Shown: positions 49,559 through 61,005 of the stretch, one piece after another | Position numbering within the stretch: the first letter of the stretch is position 1 | How the letters are laid out: each line of letters opens with the position of its first letter | Assembly: GCF_001194135.2 (NCBI RefSeq) | Contig: NC_068981.1 | Coordinates: 87,408,025-87,472,024, forward strand | DNA from: Octopus bimaculoides | Lineage: Eukaryota | Reading direction: 5' to 3' | Length of the DNA stretch: 64,000 nt | Notes under the pieces: generated by a model | Seen by the model: only the letters and a program-made list of their open reading frames with translations | The model's database searches: none | Told to the model about the DNA's origin: nothing | Made by a program: the position numbers and the translations under genes

Positions 49559-52500
49559 TGTTATAAATTTTGGTTGTTAATTAAAGGTGCTTTTAGCAAT
49601 TCAGTCATACTCTAACATTTTATTTTGCACTGTCAATGACATCTCCCCTATCTTCCCCTTCTCCAACAATTCACGTCTCATTGGTTACCTACTCTTCAAT
49701 CTACCCTACTTATCATCCCAAACTATCCAGCTGTTTCTCTCTCTCTCTTTACTGCAGCCCCACTCAGCTGAAAGGGATCTTAGTCTTGCAGGCTGCATGG
49801 TGACCTCACTAATGCTGATGCCTCATAATAAACACCCAATTCATGTTGTAAAGAGGTTGACATTTTAGGATGAGCACCCAACTATAGAAGCCATGCAAAA
49901 TAGACATTGAAGCCAGATGCAGCCTTCAGACCCATCAGATCCTACCAGACCATCCACTCCATGCCAACAAGGAACATGGACATTAAATCATTATTATTAT
50001 TACTATTTGTGTAGTTAAAAAGTTTAATTTGCAACCATATGGTTTTGGGTTCAGTCCCACAGTGTAACATTTTGGACCAACCAATGCCTTGTCAGTGGAA
50101 TTCATAGATAGAAACCATATAGGTGTGTGTGTGTGTGTGTGTGTGTCTACATGCATGCGTATGTGCGCAAATGTGACATTCCACAACTATGCTTGTCACC
50201 ATCTGAGTAATATGTTTACATTCCTTGTGGACATTACAACTGGTCACTCTGCACTTTTGAAGATCAGTGGAACAAAAACAATGTAAAGGTGGGCAACAGG
50301 AAAGGCATCCAATCTTAAAATGCTGCCTTAAATAAGTCCCCATCCAACCCATGCTAGCATTAAAAACAATAAATGAACAAGTAGACAGAGACAGACAGAC
50401 ACATACACACACACTATAAAATTAAATGAGGACCTCAAATCTATAATGGGTATTGACTGTTTTTAGTAACTGATGTAACATTTTATAATGGATGAAAAAA
50501 AAAAAGGAGCATTCAAATTGAAAGAACTCTCAAAGAACCAAAAAAAAATCTCCAAAAAAGGGGAGACACTTCCAAGAGCTACTGGCAAAATCCTCACAAA
50601 ACAATAGTCACCCTAAACACTAAGCAAGTGCCCTCTCCCAGTTGTTCTCCAATCTGTAAATGCATGCTCCAAACAGGACCAGTCACTTAGAACACTCTTG
50701 TCCACCTTTCAATAAATTTACTGGGAAGCAACACTTCCTTGTCCACTCTTATTTTCCTTTTCAAATGAAACTTGAACAAGCTGATGAGTGCTTCACCAAA
50801 CAGCAAGGTGCCAGTCTCTATATCCCTTTTAATTTCAACCACTGCACATACCCTTTCCACAAATCCACAAAACAGATAAAATTTGACTACCTGCCCTTCC
50901 GAGACAGAAGAAAGCAGTGGGATATGCTTTACAATACATTGAGCTGATAGCCAGATCAACAACCCACAGGCAGTGGACACATGCAGATCAACAACCCACA
51001 GGCAGTGGACACATGCAGATCAACAACCCACAGGCAGTGGACACATGCAAGCAGAATGGTTTCATAGCTCTGCATGCATCTCGAACTGGCCTGGTTGGCA
51101 ACATTTCCATGCTTGTAGAGTTTAACCCTTTAGCATTCAGATTACTGTCAAATGTAAGTTTATGTATTCACATCATTTTGAATTAATCATTGCATTATTT
51201 CGTAACTCTGAGATTTTGATGATGTGATTGTTTACTTGTAAAATGGCACTGTAGGGTAGGTGTGAAAGGCCAGATCTGACAGTCTGAAGATAACGCAGGT
51301 AGAATATTTTCGCTGGATATGGCCAGTTTAATTGCTAAAGGGCTAAACTGGCCATGTCCCAATTAGCACTCACTAGCCAACATAAAAAAAAAACATATAT
51401 TAACATATACAGACACAAATTCTGTCTATATTTAGTACCTCTGTTACAATGAACAGAAATAGCTTAAAATGATGTGGGACAAGCAAGAAGTAATGATTTC
51501 AAAGCAAATATTGTTAGACATGAGAAATATCGTGTGTGTGTGTGTGTGTGACCCTACTCCTGTCCCTCAATCATACTTTGCCTTTCAACACCTGACACTA
51601 AGCCACTTCTCTCAATACTGTAGCCTTGCTTTGTCAAGGAGCCTGGTTTTCTGATTTACTTGGTAACCATACTAGTGACAGTGCTACAAAAAAGCACCCA
51701 ATATATTCTGTATAGTGGTTGGACATCCAACCATAGAAATCATGCCAAAGTAGACATTGGAGCCCAACATTTCTCTGGCTCATAGGATCTTGTCAAACCA
51801 TGATGATGATAACGTGCATGTGTGTATGTATGTACAGAGCGTGATGGGTAAATTGTTGCCATTTTATATCTTTAACCTCTCGCATGCATATTATTCTTTT
51901 TTTGATTTTATCAACTACACTGAGTAGTTGGGCACTGTCTGTGAGAAAAACAGCACCATGACACAATTCACTCTGCCATAAATTTGGAAACGACATGCTA
52001 TACTGTTTGGCAGTCACACTGGAAGCTCCAATACGAACATTTCCAAATGTTTGGGTACCAAACTGAGGACACTGCAGAGGATTCGGAAAGAGTTGGTTGA
52101 GTCCTAATTGTGATTATAAAGGTGTTTGGAGTGATCACTAGTGATGATGATATTATGCCACCATTCATCTTCCCACATGGCCTCAGACTCAGTAGAGAGG
52201 CCTACATCAACTGCCTCAAGGAAATAGTGCTGCCCTGGGTCAAGAGGGTGGCTGCTGGAAGACCCTATGTCTGGCGCCAGGACTCCGCACCATGCCACAC
52301 AAGCAGGAGAGTTTTTTTGTCTTTTTTTATATTTATATATGTTTGGGGCAGATGGGACTCCTTAGCCATGGTAAGGGCAACCCATCCAGAAGGAAAGCTT
52401 TGATATAAAACCGGATTTGTGGTTGCTGATAGTGCACATCTCAGTTGATGTGCACTATCAGCATCTACTTACTCATAGGGCAGTCTGGGCTCTGTAACTT

Positions 52501-55500
52501 TTGAGCAACTAGACTAGAAGGCCACTCTGATCTCAAATCTGCAATCAATTTAGCACCTGGCATGTGGCACACCAGTACAGGTAAATGCTTTTGGGATGGA
52601 GAGGTTGTGCATTGTGCTGCACAAGCAATGTAAAATACTATCAGCAAATACCACCATCATGTTTTAATGGTGAGAGTGTACACCCCACCCCAGTTTTGGC
52701 CAGTTTGAACACTAAAAGGTTAAAGGGCATATTATTTCTCATAGATGTACCTCTTGGGCAGGGGTAGCCTATGAAAAACACTGAAGTTGAACAAGAATTG
52801 ATTTCGTAATTCATGACAAGTAAGCATTTCTGGGGGTCCCTCAGCGGTTCAATAAATAATGAGTAGTTAAGCATGGTATCATGCTACTTGTGCAATAAAA
52901 ACAAAGATCCTTAAACTGTGGTAAATGGTGAGTGGGGGCAGAATTTGGTAATTCTCAATTTGTACATATTTTTATTCACTAATATTTTTTGGTAGAGACG
53001 GACTATATGTAATCTGAACCTTCCCCCCCCCCCTNNNNNNNNNNNNNNNNNNNNNNNNNNNNNNNNNNNNNNNNNNNNNNNNNNNNNNNNNNNNNNNNNN
53101 NNNNNNNNNNNNNNNNNNNNNNNNNNNNNNNNNNNNNNNNNNNNNNNNNNNNNNNNNNNNNAATTGAGATTTTTGAAAAAAAATTTTCAGAATCGGAATC
53201 TCCATAGCCTAAAACGTGGGATTCCGTAAAAAAAATTAATAAATAAGGGGGGGGGGAGGTTCAGATTACATATAGTCCATCTGGACCTATTTTTTCTTCC
53301 AACCACTTCTGGATTTAATTATCTATATGGTATAACTATTAATTGCTGTGCTCTTAATGGGGTAGTCTAATTCAAAACACTATATGGTGTTGGCATCTGT
53401 TCAAATGAAATAACATTATGTACAATTTTAAAATGTTATTATTTAAGCTTAGAATGTTTAAAAACAGTATTGTATATTTCCTTTATCGGCTGTTTCCTTA
53501 TGGTAGAAATATAAACTTAAAATTACTGTAAGAAAATATAGCAGGAGGTAAATGAAGTGAAAACGGGTATGAATCCTAGCATTGAAGCATTTGATTTTTT
53601 TTTTTACTCCTTTTCAACAGTATTGTATAATTCCTTTATCGGTTGTTTCCTTATGGTAGAAAATAAACTTTTACTCCTTTTCTCAACATATTGCTGGTCT
53701 ATTAGACTTTTAGCACTGTCTAAGGGGCATAACTCTGTCTTAACTTTCTATTCCAGTATAGTTGAATAGGTTATCTAACTTCAAAAATAATTGCTGCAAT
53801 TTGTAAATAAAAAGTTTCAAAAACTATTTAAGTTCAAGCATGGTAAACTAGATATAAACCAATAACAGTAACATATTCTAAAATGAAATTGATACCACAA
53901 TAAAACGAACCATCCACAATTCTTTTTTTTTTTTAATAAGCACTTATTTAAAGTTAATATGCTATTACAAAATTAATATAATGTTATTACAAAATAAAAC
54001 AGAACTTGTATCCGATTTGTAGCATGTTCAGAAGTTATTCTGATGAAGATTTATGTTCCTCTGCCAATCTTTTCCAAAAATATTTGAAACTGTAAGCGTT
54101 TGCAAAAGACAAATACCTTTTTACTTCAAATTAGAGAAATTGGCAAATGATCAAAAATAAACGTCATGACGATAGATAATAATACACTTATTTCATAATG
54201 TCATTCAACAGTTTATATATATATACATATATATATAAAGAAAAACGACAAAAAAACAACGCGAGGACGTGATACAGATATTGTTGTTACTGGACGCTCT
54301 AGCAAAGTTACCTCCCCTGAAAATGAAAATTGCTTTAGGAAAAAGTTATTTTAACATAGGTAACTGGTATAGCAAGATAAGCGAAAATGTATTCATCATC
54401 ATCATCGTCTAACGTCCGCTTTCCATGCGGGCATGGGTTGGACGATTTGACTGAGGACTGGTGAAACCGGATGGCAACACCAGGCTCCAATCTAAATTTG
54501 GCAGAGTTTCTACAGCTGGATGCCCTTCCTAACGCCAACCACTCAGAGAGTGTAGTGGGTGCTTTTACGTGTCACCCGCACGAAGGCCAGTCAGGCGGTA
54601 CTGGCAACGGTCACGCTCAAAATGGTGTATTTTATGTGCCACCCGCACAAGAGCCAGTCCAGGGGCACTGGCAACGATCTCGTTCGAAAATCCTACGAAG
54701 GCCAAAGAGTAAAACTTATACAAAAAGCAAGTGTTGCAACAAGCGTGAAAAATGAAAAAGAAGCAGACAAATTGTCGTATTTGACTAAATTAAGATGGTT
54801 TTAAATGGTGCCACATGAAAGCGCTTGTGCCAGTACCACGTTTAAAAGCACCTATTACACACTGTAAAGTGGTTGGCGTTAGGAAGGATATCCACCCATA
54901 GAAACCAAGTGAAATCAGACTGGAACCTGGTGAAGCTCTCCGGCTTGCCACCTCTAGTCAAACTATCCAACCCATACCAGCATAGAAAATGGACGTTAAA
55001 GGATGCTCTTGATGATGAAACTTGTCCAATACTGTGGCAAACAAAAAATAATAGAGATGCCAACTTTATTTCAGTGGTCAGTGGGCGAATGTTATTACCA
55101 AGGGAGGTAACTATCTACATACGATATGATTGGATTAATAAGATGGGAAGGCAAATACTTTCACAAATCGTGATATTGTCAGTTTGAGAACTATTGTATT
55201 ATGTAATTATTGAAGCTAAAAATCATGCTTTCACAACATACATATTTTTTTTGTATATATTTCAAAATAAACACTCCATATAAAATTTTAAACTTTTCAA
55301 GGACTTACATCATCACTGTCATCAATAAAATCAATGGAGCTGCCATCAGAGATAGGTCTTTTGAAAAATGGAAATCGAACTAAGAGTTTCTGTAAACAAA
55401 GCAAATTTTTTTTTTTTTATATAAAACAATGACGATAATATTGGTTTCAAATTTTGGCACAAGGCCAGCAATTTTAGGCAACGGGTTAAGTAGATTACAG

Positions 55501-58370
55501 CAACCCCAATGCTCAACTAGTATTTATTTTATTGACCCCAAAAAACAAAAAGTAAAATTGACCTCATCAGAATTTGAACTCAGAACATAAGGACAGACAA
55601 AATGCTAATCACTTTGCCTGGTGTACTAATGATTCTGCCAACTCATAGCAAAACTAAAAATTACACTCAGCATTAGAATCATCCTACTATTAAGCCTCTA
55701 GAACAGAGTTTCCCAATCATTTTTAGCAGCATCACCCACTTTTATGTCAAAAGCTGCACTCTGTAAAGTGGTTGGTGTTAAGAACAACCAGCCAACCACA
55801 GAAAACATGCCAGGAGAGAATGACACAGTCGTCCAACTCATCATATTCTTTCAAATCATGCAACATGTGTTAGCACGAGAGACAGACATTAAACGATAAT
55901 TATGTAGGAGTGTGTATGTGTGCAGGAGTGTGAGTGAGTATGAATTCTCCCTTGTTATTTGTGCACTGACTGGAAATAAAATTTTCACCATTCATATAAA
56001 TGGTGACATTAGATTGCAGTTCATTGTAAAAGCATGTCCAGGTCCAACTCGTTCATTGTTCAATATTAGGGGATCATTACCATGCTTGGAAACGGGGTAG
56101 GTTGATGAATGGCATCTGACTTTAGAAAATTTTGTCTCATCAATAAAATAAAAATCTTGTTAGATCTATGCAAACATAGATAAGTAGGCATTACAATAAT
56201 GAAGATTTCATTATTGTAGTAGTGTTATCTTTAGTTTTGTTAAATTTGGTTTTGCTAAATACAGACCAAAGAGAGACACTTTGGTTAATTTATTCAGTAT
56301 ACTGGCAGGCGTGGAGGCGCAATGGCCCAGTGGTTAGGGCAGTGGACTCGTGGTCATAGGATCGCGGTTTCGATTCCCAGACCAGGCGTTGTGAGTGTTT
56401 ATTGAGCGAAAACACCTAAAGCTCCACAAGACTCCGGCAGGGGATGGTGGCGAACCCTGCTATACTCTTTCACCACAATTTGCTCTCACTCTTACTTCCT
56501 GTTTCTGTTGTGCCTGTGATTCAAAGGGTCAGCCTTGTCACACTGTGTCAGGCTGAATATCCCCGAGAACTACGTTAAAGGTACACGTGTCTGTAGAGTG
56601 CTCAGTCACTTGCACGTTAATTTCATGAGCAGGCTGTTCCGTTGATCAGATCAACTGGAACCCTCAATGTCGTAAGCAACGGAGTGCCAACAACAACAAC
56701 AACATACTGGCAGGTATGCAGTAGTGGGTAGCGATTTTCTTCACTACTTTAGAGAGTGACGACTCTGCCTGATACGAGTCCCGGGCTCAGCTGGCTCCGG
56801 CTAACAGTACCCGGTATGGGCCCCTATCCAGGGTTACAGAAAGGAGACAACCTTCAAAGAAATCCGGAGTGGATCCCCGTAGGTGGTCTAGTGTTTGACT
56901 TGACACTCTTCCGGCAGCTCCTGCAACTAAGCTGGTGCCAAACGTAATGCTATGCACTCCTTTGGACTACACCAGCAAAGTCGAGAGAGGAATCCTGACG
57001 ATTGAGCTACCCAGGATTTTCTTACATCTAGCCCAGGTCTGATTTTATGCTCAACTCCATTGTCTCCCAAGACGAAAGGATGCCAATAACAATGCAGGAT
57101 CTTGAAAATGCCACATGGAATGATGACCATTCCCTGCATAGTTACAGGTTGCCCTCTGGCAAGGCGTAGCACCTGCTCAGCCACCCTGCCAGGAATAAGG
57201 TGAAGTCATGGAACTGCAGCATGGCAGATTGTGAAGAGGTAGCAGAAGAATTCATTATTATATTTTCACATTTTGTCACAAAATAAATATACATTTTACA
57301 TATTCTTTTCCTTAATTTATGAATCTTATAATTGAATGTAATGTAGTGAATTGAAGACATTAACTTACCTCAGGTGAAACAGAAGGTGATACAGATGACA
57401 ATGAAGAAGACGAGGACACAGTTGAGGATACAGAACCTCTACGTTGTCTTGTGGCAGGAGCTAGTACTGATAAACTATAATGACTACGAGTACTTCGAGC
57501 AGGATTTCGACGTAGTACTACTGGTTTGTTATTTGTTGATGATCGGCGAACCTTATGATTTGTCACCTGAAAAGGAATAAAAAAAACTTGCTAAATAATA
57601 TTTAAAATACTTAACAACACTGATTTACTTTAAATATGTATGGGATTGATATTTTCAAAATAGGAGTAATTACAGGAATATATTCATTACTGATATTATT
57701 TTATGAATACAAAAAGATGATAGCAAAGTGGCTACAATCTCCTATACATTGGTTCACACACATCAACTCAAATCCACAAATTAATAAAAGAGAACTACAA
57801 TCAAATGAATGAACCCTAGTATTTGCTTATTAGTTCAATGATCTTGGGAAGATGTAAAGACAAAGTCAACTCCACTGTGATTTGAACTCAGAATAAAGGA
57901 AGATGAAATTTCTGCCACTCAACACATTAAAATGCAGTGATATTGATTTTAAGTATTGACATAAAAGATCCTTTTTTTATTATCAACCCCAAAAAGGATA
58001 AAAGTTAACTTAGAACATAATGGGTTGTAACCAAATACAAGGCATTTTGTGCAACACTGTTGCAAGGTCCAGTGTGCCATATTTGGTCAAGGTATGTATG
58101 AAACTGCAAGTGTGATAAGTCCAACTACAGTACAAACATACTGCCCTTGCAAATCACATACAGGGAATATACATTTTTATTCTTTTGTTTTAGTCATTTG
58201 ACATGCTGGAGCACCGCCTTTAGTCGAACAAATCAATCCCAGGACAAGCCTAGTACTCATTTTATCGGTATCTTTTGCCAAACTGCTAAGTTACAGGGAT
58301 GTTAAACACACCAACATCGGTGGTCAAGCAATGGTAGGGAGACAAACAGACACACAAACATATACATATA

Positions 58371-58419
<49 letters not shown>

Positions 58420-60827
58420 ATGATGGCTTCTTTCAGTTTCCGTCTACCAAATCCACTCACAAGGCTTTGGTCAGCCCAAGGTTATAGTAGAAGATATTTG
58501 CCCAAGGTGCCACACAGTAGGACTGAATCCAGAACCATGTGGTGGTAAGCACAACCACTCCTGCAGGATCTAAATGCTAAGTCATATAACTTAAGCACAA
58601 CCTACCAGCATTAACTTTCTTCTTTGTTAAAATGCTACCAATTCTGAGATCACAAGTACGCTCCATATTTATCAATTAAAAAGAATACAAAAACTACGTA
58701 TAAGTTAACACATTCTAAGAGCATTCAAGACAATTCCATCTTTTTTCATGTGCATTACAAATTCCAAATATCAATCTTGCAAGAACAGAAACAAAACTCA
58801 TTCTTATACCAATAAAACTTACCCGCTGTGAAGGAGCTTCAAGTCTATATTCAGATAAAAGGCGTGCCAGCTAAAATTAAGATTTATAATTCAATTACAA
58901 AGAGTAACAACAAATTTTTGAAAATTTCAAATTTACATTTTCATTAATGTGTGATTATATTTTTGAATTTACAAAATAAACAACAAAGTTTCCATAAATG
59001 AAAACAAATTTAACAGACTAACAAATATCCATCATGTTTTGAAAATTTCAAATTATATTCTCATTAACATATTATTATATTTTTGAATTTACAAAATAAA
59101 CCAAAGTTTCCATAAATTGAAAACAAATTTTAACAGACTAACAAATATCAATCACATTTTCTGTTAGAGTAAGTTATTTACATTATTTACATCCAGGCTT
59201 GCATGGGCAGACTGAATTCATTGAGGCAGATTTTCTGTGGTTGGATGGATGGATGGATGGTCTTCCTGCCACCAACTCTCACCTGTTTCTAAGCAAGGTA
59301 ATATAGCCCCATGACATCAAACATGGTTTCATGGATTACTAGAAAGGAACGACACTGCTTATATAACAGTGATAATTATAGGGTAGCCATGTATCTCCTC
59401 TATAGTGAGACACTTGTGCCTGTCCCTCTATCACTGGCATAAAATCACTTCCCTTTCTACTACAACCCTGTTCAATCGAAAGGTTTTTTTTTCTTTGATT
59501 TACAATTTTTTTGGTGTCACAAAAAAAAAAAAAGCATCCAGTAAACTCCATAAAGTGGTTGGCATTAAGAAATCATGCCAAAACAGATATCAGATTTCAA
59601 CAATCCTCCAGTTCACTCAATCTCAAACTGTACAACCCATGCCAGTAAGGAAGATGGATATTAAATAATGATGACTATATATATATCACCATCATCATCA
59701 TTTAATGTCAGTTTTTCATGCTGGCTGATAAGCCAGAGGACTGCACTAAGCCCCACTGTCTACTTTGGCATGGTTTTTATGGCTGGGTGCCCTTCTAAAC
59801 ACCGACCACCTTACAGAGTAGACTGAGTACTTTTTACATGGCACTAGCAAGACAAAGATCCCTCAAGAAGGGGTGGGGTATTGAAAGAGGTGGCTTTGTG
59901 CCATGTGATGAGAGGTTAGGGTATGACTGAGAGACAGAAAGAGAGAGAGAAGGAACAAGCAAGAGTAATAGAGGGCGAGAGAGATGGTAGTGATGTGCCA
60001 GGGCATACTCTCAAGGTATAAGGATGTGAATATAAATAGAATGGTAGGAGATTGCCCAGGGTGCATGAGTAGGGAGTTCACGAAAGTGCAAGGTGGGGTG
60101 GAATGCAGTGAGTCGTGAAACATGGGTATATATAAAATCATTGATATAACATCTACTTTTCCATGCTTGCATGAATCAGATGGAATTCATTAAGACAGAC
60201 TTTCTAGCCAGATGCCCTTCCTGTTGTTAACCCTCACTTGCTTCCAAGCAAGGTAATATTTTGCTAGAACCAGACAAGTTTCCACAGGAGACTGGAAACA
60301 TGCAACACCAATTGTATGATAGAGACGCATATCTACAACTATTGAGCAATGTCAAGACAAGGAGTAACACAACACACACATACATACATATATATGGGCT
60401 TTCAATCTCAGTCTACTAAACCCACTCACAGGGCTTTAGTCAGCCTGGGGATAGAGTGGAAGGCACTTGCTCAAAGTGTTATGCAGTGGAACTGAACCCA
60501 AAACCATGTGACACAGAAATGAACTTAACCACACAGCCATACCAAATTCCACTTACAAATTACTGCTATTTACATCCCTAGAGACTGCTAATGAGAACCC
60601 AGTAAGGTTCAAAAATCGATTAAGGCTATCCATAATTTTTCAAGGCAGTGCTCCAGCATGGCTGCAGTCAAATGACTGAAACAAGTAAAAGAATAAAAGA
60701 ATACATAAAAAAAACTTACAACTAATTTGTTATCAGCTATGTTGTTATTGTGCATCTGCTCATATTCGCTAATAGTGGTGGAAAAACGTTTGTTACCAGG
60801 TAGCAGTCCATACCCAAGTTGTACACC
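29709..60827 (-). CDS. CDCA7: Cell division cycle-associated protein 7 (zf-4CXXC_R1 zinc finger; HELLS cofactor); join of 60827-60720, 58870-58823, 57566-57369, 39149-39009, 37672-37586, 37201-37139, 32740-32604, 29721-29709; 5' end incomplete
   Basis: Eight GT-AG exons with compatible phases give ...[25 protein letters not shown]...[10 protein letters not shown]...[11 protein letters not shown]...[41 protein letters not shown]...[26 protein letters not shown]...YLKSLRK*, the CDCA7 domain order. Confidence 0.95.
29829..31007 (+). mobile_element. Helentron-associated / DINE-1-like non-autonomous element
   Basis: 5' sub-terminal hairpin CCCGGCTTTGCCCGGG; 3' AAATTTGAATGAAATTGGTTG..(ACAG)n..ATATATAGAT end; spans a 545-N gap. 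Confidence 0.6.
31860..32420 (-). mobile_element. hAT (Charlie/SPIN-type) transposase C-terminal remnant
   Basis: [40 protein letters not shown] (hAT dimerisation domain). Confidence 0.8.
32604..32740 (-). CDS. CDCA7: CDCA7 zinc-finger exon ([17 protein letters not shown]...DYLK)
   Basis: tttaactag|AAC ... AAAAG|gtaggt; 137 bp, ends phase 2. Confidence 0.96.
33171..33411 (+). mobile_element. tRNA-derived SINE, family D (V-domain-like segment)
   Basis: A and B boxes; GCAATGGGCTGGCGTCCCGTCCAG segment; TTTAAAAGGGCGCATTTA tail. Confidence 0.8.
33480..34010 (+). mobile_element. Probable Penelope-like terminal repeat with hammerhead remnant
   Basis: CTGATGA-stem II-GAAAC at 33702-33766 in microsatellite-flanked sequence; element limits uncertain. 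Confidence 0.45.
35890..37005 (-). mobile_element. RTE-tailed retroelement fragment
   Basis: GCTGGATGCCCTTCC..CCAAC tail blocks with internal GTGGCAC repeats, shared with copies at about 41400, 45300, 54393, 59690. Confidence 0.55.
37139..37201 (-). CDS. CDCA7: CDCA7 zinc-finger exon ([21 protein letters not shown])
   Basis: ttacttaag|TTT ... GCG|gtaaat; 63 bp. Confidence 0.95.
37586..37672 (-). CDS. CDCA7: CDCA7 zinc-finger exon ([11 protein letters not shown]...GVRGQ)
   Basis: tgttttag|GGT ... CAA|gtaagt; 87 bp. Confidence 0.96.
37830..38175 (+). mobile_element. piggyBac transposase fragment (inactive)
   Basis: [31 protein letters not shown] (first catalytic D changed to G), [15 protein letters not shown]. 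Confidence 0.85.
38761..38970. mobile_element. piggyBac-type MITE (about 210 bp); other copies at about 37357-37546, 51126-51342, 61611-61816
   Basis: TTAA|CCCTTTAGCA ... TACTAAAGGG|TTAA. Confidence 0.85.
39009..39149 (-). CDS. CDCA7: CDCA7 exon (VSSEQ...[27 protein letters not shown])
   Basis: gtttgtag|GTT ... TGT|gtaagt; 141 bp; resembles RPVEEITEEELE..KIY..SL. Confidence 0.92.
40556..41261. mobile_element. hAT MITE spanning an N gap
   Basis: CAGTGTCTCTCAAC / GTTAAGAAATGCTG termini; TSD gtttaaac/gtataaac. Confidence 0.7.
42292..42663 (+). mobile_element. Family-C SINE
   Basis: Match to 56310-56703. Confidence 0.85.
42757..43047 (+). mobile_element. tRNA-derived SINE (further family)
   Basis: GGCGCATGGCTTAGTGG A-box, GGTTCGATTCC B-box, distinct body. 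Confidence 0.7.
43578..43617 (-). ncRNA. Type I hammerhead ribozyme motif within a 154-bp TA-flanked element (43471-43624)
   Basis: ACUGU-CCGAUGA-AUG GGAA CGU-GAAA-U UCCAA G-UA^-ACAGU: stems I, II and minimal III close; U4C core change. Confidence 0.65.
44191..45221. mobile_element. Fold-back element with about 395-bp inverted arms
   Basis: 44191-44585 is the reverse complement of 44664-45221, ignoring a 162-bp insertion at 44693-44854. Confidence 0.85.
44693..44854 (+). mobile_element. Young, 5'-truncated RTE-type 3' tail with (GAT)n end
   Basis: Near-identical to 54393 and 63781 copies; 7-bp TSD ATACATT; 8-bp inverted 5' junction CCTAACGC|GTTAGG. Confidence 0.8.
47040..48175 (+). mobile_element. 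RTE-clade (BovB-like) LINE: 5'UTR and apurinic endonuclease, frameshifted
   Basis: [24 protein letters not shown]-like FTFFWQG, GVGF-like [42 protein letters not shown]. Confidence 0.9.
48624..48895 (+). mobile_element. mariner transposase N-terminal HTH remnant
   Basis: [42 protein letters not shown]. Confidence 0.8.
50953..51048. repeat. 32-bp tandem repeat x3 (AGATCAACAACCCACAGGCAGTGGACACATGC)
   Basis: Three perfect units. Confidence 0.92.
51835..52309 (+). mobile_element. Tc1/mariner (DD37D/maT-like) remnant
   Basis: TA|CAGAGCGTGATGGGTAAATTG end; [24 protein letters not shown]...L..VLPW...[16 protein letters not shown]. Confidence 0.8.
52991..53287. mobile_element. Second Merlin-like non-autonomous TIR element (spans N gap)
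   Basis: About 45-bp TIR GGT..AGAYGGACTATATGTAATCTGAACCT plus poly-C/poly-G; perfect 8-bp TSD TATTTTTT. Confidence 0.7.
54393..54684 (-). mobile_element. Young RTE-type 3' tail
   Basis: (GAT)n end; near-identical to 44693 and 63781 copies. Confidence 0.8.
55438..55645 (-). mobile_element. Family-A SINE
   Basis: Reverse-complement match. Confidence 0.75.
56310..56703 (+). mobile_element. Full-length family-C tRNA-derived SINE with (CAA)n tail
   Basis: TGGCCCAGTGG A-box, GTTTCGATTCC B-box; 11-bp TSD ATACTGGCAGG. Confidence 0.9.
56750..57190 (+). mobile_element. Probable LINE 5'UTR and decayed endonuclease start
   Basis: GC-rich block ending in an ATWN motif (xATWNV of APE domains); weak. 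Confidence 0.35.
57369..57566 (-). CDS. CDCA7: CDCA7 exon (Ser/Arg-rich linker)
   Basis: ccttttcag|GTG ... GAG|gtaagt; 198 bp open; [10 protein letters not shown] resembles RRNPERRARPLTRS. Confidence 0.82.
58823..58870 (-). CDS. CDCA7: CDCA7 48-bp exon ([16 protein letters not shown])
   Basis: aattttag|CTG ... CGG|gtaagt; resembles LAKLMSEL. Confidence 0.82.
58915..59157. repeat. About 120-bp tandem duplication (2 units)
   Basis: TTTTGAAAATTTCAAAT...AACAGACTAACAAATATC repeated with divergence. Confidence 0.8.
60720..60827 (-). CDS. CDCA7: CDCA7 exon (N-terminal helix: [36 protein letters not shown])
   Basis: tattttgtag|GGT ... GTT|gtaagt; 108 bp, phase 0/0; resembles EKRALNIKQNKAM of human CDCA7. 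Confidence 0.8.
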
Positions 60828-61005
60828 CTACAAAATAAGAAAAAAAATTAGAAATAAGAAACACAAGATAACAAACTACAACATAGAATGTAAGTCAGAA
60901 AAATAGCAATACAAAAGATTAAATAAAAAATGAGCAGAAAAATACAAATTAAAATTTATCTCAATATCAGTTTAATTCCATCTGAGTAATACTTGGTTTA
61001 AGTTG

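Noticed and set aside
50560-50950. Overlapping 95-97-aa ORFs on both strands
   Set aside because: No recognisable motif; possibly an old repeat, unclassifiable here
56310-56385. tRNA-like sequence (also other SINE heads)
   Set aside because: A and B boxes present but no complete cloverleaf; continues into a SINE body with TSD
56765-56950. Ribozyme-like GC-rich hairpins
   Set aside because: Local stems only; no valid HDV or hammerhead topology found
57374-57580. Plus-strand 68-aa ORF
   Set aside because: Antisense shadow of the CDCA7 exon
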